A stretch of 29,905 bases of DNA from a virus. Lineage: Duplodnaviria > Caudoviricetes. The notes beneath the pieces are model-generated. The model searched no databases. It was given only the letters and a program-made list of their open reading frames with translations, and was not told the origin of the DNA. The translations under genes and the position numbers were made by a program. Below, piece by piece: positions 25,386 to 29,905 of this stretch. The stretch lies in the IMG/VR virus record IMGVR_UViG_3300048886_001243, positions 1 to 29,905 of that record. One strand, written 5' to 3'. Position 1 is the first letter of the stretch, and each line of letters starts with the position of its first letter.

Positions 25386-26627
25386 ATGAAGACCCTTTCC
25401 CCTATGAAGCGTAAATTTGTGGAGGCTTGCGTTAAGCGTGGGTATGCTCCGATTATCACCCGTCAACAGGTGATCGAGGTATATGACGCCGAAGGCATGA
25501 GCCATCCGCAATGGTTGCTCAATAATGCCGAATACCGCGTCCAACGCGGTGTCTACCAGCTTCCCGTCGAGGGTCTGGGTGACAATGTTGTCCAGCCTCC
25601 GGCCCAGCCCGATGCCCCGATTTTAGCGGTCCAAGCGACCGCCGAGGTCATTCCCCTTCCGGTTGCCCCTGTGGTAGCTGACCGGCTCGTTCCCGCCGTT
25701 GACAAGCTTTTTGTGCCCTTCGGATTTTTCCCCGACCTGGTAAAGATTCTGGAGAGCAAGCTTTTCTATCCTGCCTTCATTACCGGCCTAAGCGGCAACG
25801 GCAAGACCTACATGGTCCTGCAGGCTGCCGCGAAAGCCAAGCGTGAGGTCATTCGGGTCAACTTGACGACCGAGACCGATGAGGATGATTTGATCGGTGG
25901 TTTGCGATTGGTGAACGGTAACACCGATTTCGAGTATGGTCCTGTTATCAAGGCCATGAAGCGCGGCGCCGTTCTCCTGTTGGACGAAATCGATTTGGCG
26001 CACCCTGCCAAAATCCTTTGCCTCCAGAGCATCCTTGAGGGTGTTGGTTATTTCATCAAAAAGACTGGTGAAATGATCGTTCCGGCTGACGGGTTCACCG
26101 TTGTTGCAACGGCGAATACCAAGGGCAAGGGTTCCGACGATGGTCAGTTCATTGGCACCAATGTCATGAATGAGGCGTTCCTTGAGCGTTTTCCAATCAC
26201 GATTGAGCAGGAGTATCCCTCCAAGAGAATCGAAATCAAGATCATGAAAATGGTTTTCGCCTCGTTGGGTCTCGACAAGAACGATACCTTTATCACCCGC
26301 TTGGTTGAGTGGGCCATGATTGTCCGGAAGACTTATGCCGAAGACGCCGTGGACGAAATCATCGCCACGCGCCGTTTAGTACATATCGCGAAAGCCTTTG
26401 CCATCTTCCATAATCGTCTCCGTGCCGTGGAACTTTGTGTTGCACGTTTCGATGACGAAACTCGTGGCGCCTTTGTCGATCTTTATACCAAGGTCGATGC
26501 CGATGCCACGAAGGAAGAGGATCGTGCCAATCGCCCCGATCCGGGTAGCAGCCTGCGGGCAACAATCGCAGACCGCGAAAAGACCCAGCCCGATCCTGAT
26601 CCGAATGACGATCTGGTACCCTTCTAA
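25386..26627 (+). CDS. cobS: CobS-like MoxR-family AAA+ ATPase
   Basis: GLSGNGKT (Walker A), ETDEDDLIGG, LLLDEID (Walker B), ATANTKGKGSDDG, NEAFLERF, TRRLVHI. Has an extra N-terminal domain. Start placed at MKTLSP (25386). Confidence 0.92.
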   Translation: MKTLSPMKRKFVEACVKRGYAPIITRQQVIEVYDAEGMSHPQWLLNNAEYRVQRGVYQLPVEGLGDNVVQPPAQPDAPILAVQATAEVIPLPVAPVVADRLVPAVDKLFVPFGFFPDLVKILESKLFYPAFITGLSGNGKTYMVLQAAAKAKREVIRVNLTTETDEDDLIGGLRLVNGNTDFEYGPVIKAMKRGAVLLLDEIDLAHPAKILCLQSILEGVGYFIKKTGEMIVPADGFTVVATANTKGKGSDDGQFIGTNVMNEAFLERFPITIEQEYPSKRIEIKIMKMVFASLGLDKNDTFITRLVEWAMIVRKTYAEDAVDEIIATRRLVHIAKAFAIFHNRLRAVELCVARFDDETRGAFVDLYTKVDADATKEEDRANRPDPGSSLRATIADREKTQPDPDPNDDLVPF

Positions 26628-26636
26628 AACAAAAAT

Positions 26637-26666
26637 CTGGGAACCGTGAGAAATCACGGTTCCCAG
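26637..26666. terminator. Perfect 13-bp hairpin after cobS
   Basis: CTGGGAACCGTGA-GAAA-TCACGGTTCCCAG; A run on the 5' side, weak U tract on the plus strand. Confidence 0.75.
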
Positions 26667-26715
26667 TTGTATATATAGACCACCAAGAGAATAATTATTA
26701 TTATAGTGATCACAT

Positions 26716-27684
26716 ATGGAAATTTCGATTGAAATCGCTGAATTAAGAAAACGAAAAATTATGGTGTGTACCCCGATGTACGGAGGAATGTGCGCCGGGA
26801 TGTATACAAAATCCACAGCCGACCTAGCAATACTTTCAAGTCAGTATGGTATTGAGGTTCGGTTTTTCTACATTTTTAACGAGAGCCTAATCACCCGCGC
26901 CAGGAATTATCTAGTTGATGAATTCCTCCGGAGCGAGTGTACCCACATGATTTTCATCGATGCCGATATCGGCTTCGATCCAAATGATGTTTTGTCCCTT
27001 GCCGCGCTCGCGGAACCCGGGTCAGATTATGAGATCATTTGTGGGCCTTACCCAAAAAAGACCATCGCCTGGGAAAAGATCAAGCGAGCCGTCGATAAAG
27101 GCTTTGCCGATCAAGATCCAGACGCCCTAGAAAATTATGTCGGCGACTATGTTTTCAACCCAGTGGCCGATACCCCTGAAATCCGACTAGACATTCCTGT
27201 CCAGGTAATGGAAGGCGGTACAGGGTTCATGATGATCCAGCGAAGTGCCCTAGAAAAATATGCTGCCGCATATCCAGAATTCACCTATTTGCCCGATCAT
27301 GTCCGTACCGATTCCTTCGATGGCACCCGCGAAATCACGGCATTCTTTGATTGCATCATTGACCAGGATAGTAAACGATATTTATCCGAGGATTATATGT
27401 TTTGCCAGTGGGCTCAAAAAGCCGACATTAAGGTATGGCTGTGCCCATGGATGAAACTCCAGCATTACGGATCCTATAACTTTGCCGGCAGCCTGATTGA
27501 CATTGCACAAATCGGTGCCTCTGCTACCGTCGATGGTGAGTACCTACAGAGAAAGAAGGGCAAGCCTATGGATGCCTTGCCTATCAAAACGTTAGACCAA
27601 ATCAAGAATTCCCCAAAAGAAGCCAAGAAACCAAAGAGTCCAAAGAGAGGTCGTAAAAAGGCAGCTAAAAGGAAAAAGAAATAA
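26716..27684 (+). CDS. GT-A-fold glycosyltransferase-like protein with a basic C-terminal tail
   Basis: TPMYGG, ESLITRARN, FIDADIGF (DxD), GPYPKK, GTGFMMI, LSEDYMFC, LQHYG. Tail reads SPKEAKKPKSPKRGRKKAAKRKKK. TATATATA upstream at 26670-26677. Confidence 0.82.
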   Translation: MEISIEIAELRKRKIMVCTPMYGGMCAGMYTKSTADLAILSSQYGIEVRFFYIFNESLITRARNYLVDEFLRSECTHMIFIDADIGFDPNDVLSLAALAEPGSDYEIICGPYPKKTIAWEKIKRAVDKGFADQDPDALENYVGDYVFNPVADTPEIRLDIPVQVMEGGTGFMMIQRSALEKYAAAYPEFTYLPDHVRTDSFDGTREITAFFDCIIDQDSKRYLSEDYMFCQWAQKADIKVWLCPWMKLQHYGSYNFAGSLIDIAQIGASATVDGEYLQRKKGKPMDALPIKTLDQIKNSPKEAKKPKSPKRGRKKAAKRKKK

Positions 27685-28145
27685 TGGAAGAAGTACCATT
27701 AGTGAAAATTGATTACAAGTTTAATGAACCAGCCCTGCTGGACGAATTGCGAAAATACATTGATGGCACCTACCAAGAGCATTACGCCAAAGACAAATAT
27801 CAGGCTACTGAGGTAATCGTGGATGCCGGACACGGCATCGGGTTCTGTCTAGGCAACATCTGGAAATATTCCAAGCGATGGGGTAAGAAAGATGGTAAGC
27901 AACGTCGAGATATCTTGAAGATTCTCCATTATGCCATCATCCTACTCAAGGCAATCGACCTCGAAGAGGAACGAGCTAAGGTGCCATTCAAACCCTTGCC
28001 CGAGTTTGACAGGGAGGACGAGGCCAAACGCCAGGCCGAGGGGAAAGAAGCCGCCGTGGATGAAAATGGGTGTCGAAAAGAACCTGCGCGATTGGTCCCT
28101 CGATATCCGAAGAAATGGTCCACGGTGATGCCTTTGAAACAATGA
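27684..28145 (+). CDS. DUF3310-like (SaV / T7 gp1.7-related) protein
   Basis: YKFNE...TYQEHY, GFCLGNIWKYSKRWGKK, DILKILHYA motifs. TAATG-coupled to the glycosyltransferase. Confidence 0.8.
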   Translation: MEEVPLVKIDYKFNEPALLDELRKYIDGTYQEHYAKDKYQATEVIVDAGHGIGFCLGNIWKYSKRWGKKDGKQRRDILKILHYAIILLKAIDLEEERAKVPFKPLPEFDREDEAKRQAEGKEAAVDENGCRKEPARLVPRYPKKWSTVMPLKQ

Positions 28146-28170
28146 GTTTTCAACAAAACTTGGAAGTAGT

Positions 28171-28201
28171 GGTTGACAAATCGTCGGAACTGTGCGATAA
28201 T
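28171..28201 (+). promoter_or_regulatory. Sigma70-like promoter for gp45-gp44
   Basis: GG-TTGACA-N17-GATAAT with an extended TGn. Confidence 0.7.
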
Positions 28202-28233
28202 GGTATAGTAATGTGAAATAAAGGAAATTTATA

Positions 28234-28893
28234 ATGAATTTATCTGAAGGAACGTTAAGCGTTCTCAAAAACTTTGCTCAAATCAATCCCTCTCTCCTGT
28301 TTGAGCCAGGATCAACTCTGCGGACTGTATCACCTCAGAAGACTGTTTTGGCGAAAGCCAAAATCGCCGAGAAGATGCCTCAACAATTCGCCATCTATGA
28401 TTTGCCTCAGCTATTGGGCGTTATCAGCATGTATGAAGAATATGAATTGGCATTCAGTGATACCAAGATGCAGATTGCCAATGGTATGAAAAGTACCAAT
28501 TTCTTTTTCGCCGATCCGGGCGCTATCATTTCTCCTCCTGATAAGGAAGTCAAGGTAGAAAATGCCGAGATCGAATTCACTCTGACCGATAAGGTTCTCC
28601 AAGAAATCATCAAGGCCGCCCAGATTCATGGTGCGCCCAAAATTGCAATCATTGGTACTGACGGCATTATGTCGATCACTGCCATTGATACCGATAACCC
28701 AGCGGCTAACAGTACCTCAATCAAGCTGGGTGAAACGACTGCGACATACCAAATGATATTCGCAATTGAGAATTTCAAATTGCTGCCTCGTGAATATAAG
28801 GTAAGCATTACAGCCGGCGGAGTTTCATTCTTTGAAGCCGAAGACGTGGAATACTTCATTGCAGCCGATCGGAGTTCTACTTACACTGGCTAG
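28234..28893 (+). CDS. gp45: DNA polymerase sliding clamp (gp45)
   Basis: MNLSEGTLSVLKNFAQINPSL, FAIYDL, ENFKLLPREYKVSI, EYFIA motifs; upstream of gp44. Confidence 0.95.
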   Translation: MNLSEGTLSVLKNFAQINPSLLFEPGSTLRTVSPQKTVLAKAKIAEKMPQQFAIYDLPQLLGVISMYEEYELAFSDTKMQIANGMKSTNFFFADPGAIISPPDKEVKVENAEIEFTLTDKVLQEIIKAAQIHGAPKIAIIGTDGIMSITAIDTDNPAANSTSIKLGETTATYQMIFAIENFKLLPREYKVSITAGGVSFFEAEDVEYFIAADRSSTYTG

Positions 28894-28901
28894 AGGAAAA
28901 C

Positions 28902-29855
28902 ATGCAACATAATGGTCAAGAGTTCCTGTGGGTGGAGAAGTGGCGCCCGCAGAAAATTGAAGATTGTATCCTTTCAGCAAATCTAAAAGCTACGTTCCAA
29001 CAATTTGTCGACCAACGTAACGTACCTAACCTGCTTCTAGCGGGTAGTGCAGGCGTCGGTAAAACGACTGTGGCCCGTGCTATGCTGGAGGAGATCGGCA
29101 GCGAATATATCATTATCAATGGATCTAATGACAGAAACATTGATACTCTCCGTAATGAGGTTGGTCAATTTGCTTCCACAATGTCCTTGATGGGTGATGA
29201 TTCTAGGCGGATGATCATCTTGGACGAGGCTGATTATCTCAACCCACAATCATTTCAGCCAGCTTTCCGTTACCAGATGGAGGTGACTTCGAAAAACTGT
29301 GGCTACATTCTAACATGTAACCATGAGGATCGAATCATTCCGGAAATCCATTCACGGTGTTCTGTGATCAAGTTTGGAATTACCGGAGAAGAAAAAGCCC
29401 AATTGGCTGCCGCCTTTTTGCACCGGGTCGAAGAGATTCTGGAATTCGAAAAGGTTGAGTATGATAAGCGGGCCGTTGCTGAGTTAATTATGAAGCATTT
29501 CCCAGACTGGCGCCGTTGTCTCAACGAGCTCCAGCGATATTCTGCTTCAGGCAAAATCGACACGGGCATCCTAGTCCAGATATCGGATAACAATTTCCTT
29601 GAGTTGATCAAGATGATTAAGGCCAAGGAATTTACGTCGATGCGGAAATGGGTGGGTGTAAACACGGAGATTGAATTCAATAGCCTGTGCCGCAAGTTTT
29701 ACAATATGGCCTATGATATCGTGAAGGACGATAGTATCCCTGTGATTATTCTAATTATAGGTGAGTACCAGCGGTCGATCAGCCAGTGTGCCGATCCTGA
29801 AATCCAGAAGGTATGTATGTTGACCGAAATGATGCAGAATGTGGAGTGGAAGTGA
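28902..29855 (+). CDS. gp44: Clamp loader ATPase subunit (gp44)
   Basis: LWVEKWRP, GSAGVGKTT, ILDEADYL, IHSRC, FPDWRRCLNELQRY motifs. Confidence 0.96.
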   Translation: MQHNGQEFLWVEKWRPQKIEDCILSANLKATFQQFVDQRNVPNLLLAGSAGVGKTTVARAMLEEIGSEYIIINGSNDRNIDTLRNEVGQFASTMSLMGDDSRRMIILDEADYLNPQSFQPAFRYQMEVTSKNCGYILTCNHEDRIIPEIHSRCSVIKFGITGEEKAQLAAAFLHRVEEILEFEKVEYDKRAVAELIMKHFPDWRRCLNELQRYSASGKIDTGILVQISDNNFLELIKMIKAKEFTSMRKWVGVNTEIEFNSLCRKFYNMAYDIVKDDSIPVIILIIGEYQRSISQCADPEIQKVCMLTEMMQNVEWK

Positions 29856-29856
29856 A

Positions 29857-29894
29857 TTTAGGGGTTGACACCCCGGGCGTTTTTGTGTTACAAT
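29857..29894 (+). promoter_or_regulatory. Early promoter, TTTAGGGGTTGAC class, for a gene beyond the window
   Basis: TTTAGGGG-TTGACA-N18-TACAAT with an extended TGn. Confidence 0.8.
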
Positions 29895-29905
29895 ATACTT
29901 AGACA

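Noticed and set aside
23106-26627. Cobalamin biosynthesis (cobaltochelatase) auxiliary metabolic genes
   Set aside because: No CobN or other cob genes are visible; the names reflect family similarity only.
1-29905. tRNA, rRNA, inteins or introns in core genes
   Set aside because: Intergenic gaps are short and explained by promoters or terminators, core proteins have normal lengths, and no cloverleaf or intein motifs were seen by eye. tRNAscan/Infernal were not run.

Overview
This window is a 29.9-kb segment of a T4-like (myovirus) phage genome read in the standard genetic code. Its gene order is the one typical of environmental T4-like phages such as cyanophages, pelagiphages and alphaproteobacterial T4-likes. 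It contains a tail/head module (gp18 partial, gp19, gp20, gp67, core proteins, gp21, gp22, gp23, gp3), then uvsY, uvsW, gp55, gp47 and gp46, an accessory block of about 11 kb, and finally gp45 and gp44. A free-standing GIY-YIG-type homing endonuclease lies antisense after gp18. The accessory block holds an MT-A70 adenine methyltransferase, a peptide deformylase, a cytidylyltransferase-cupin fusion, two GT-B glycosyltransferases, a DUF4338/DruA-like protein, a GC-richer CobT-like/CobS-like (vWA + MoxR AAA+) pair, a GT-A glycosyltransferase with a histone-like tail and a DUF3310-like protein. The best candidate for an undescribed system is the tightly coupled nucleotidyltransferase-GT-GT-DruA-like cassette, a possible DNA hypermodification or anti-defence pathway. 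Other notable signals are a gp46 lacking a canonical start codon (probable ATT start behind a small upstream ORF), a recoded putative endonuclease target in gp18, a terminator encoded on the antisense strand of the endonuclease, leaderless early genes, and palindromic TATATATA late-promoter variants. All family assignments come from motif recognition by eye, not from database searches.
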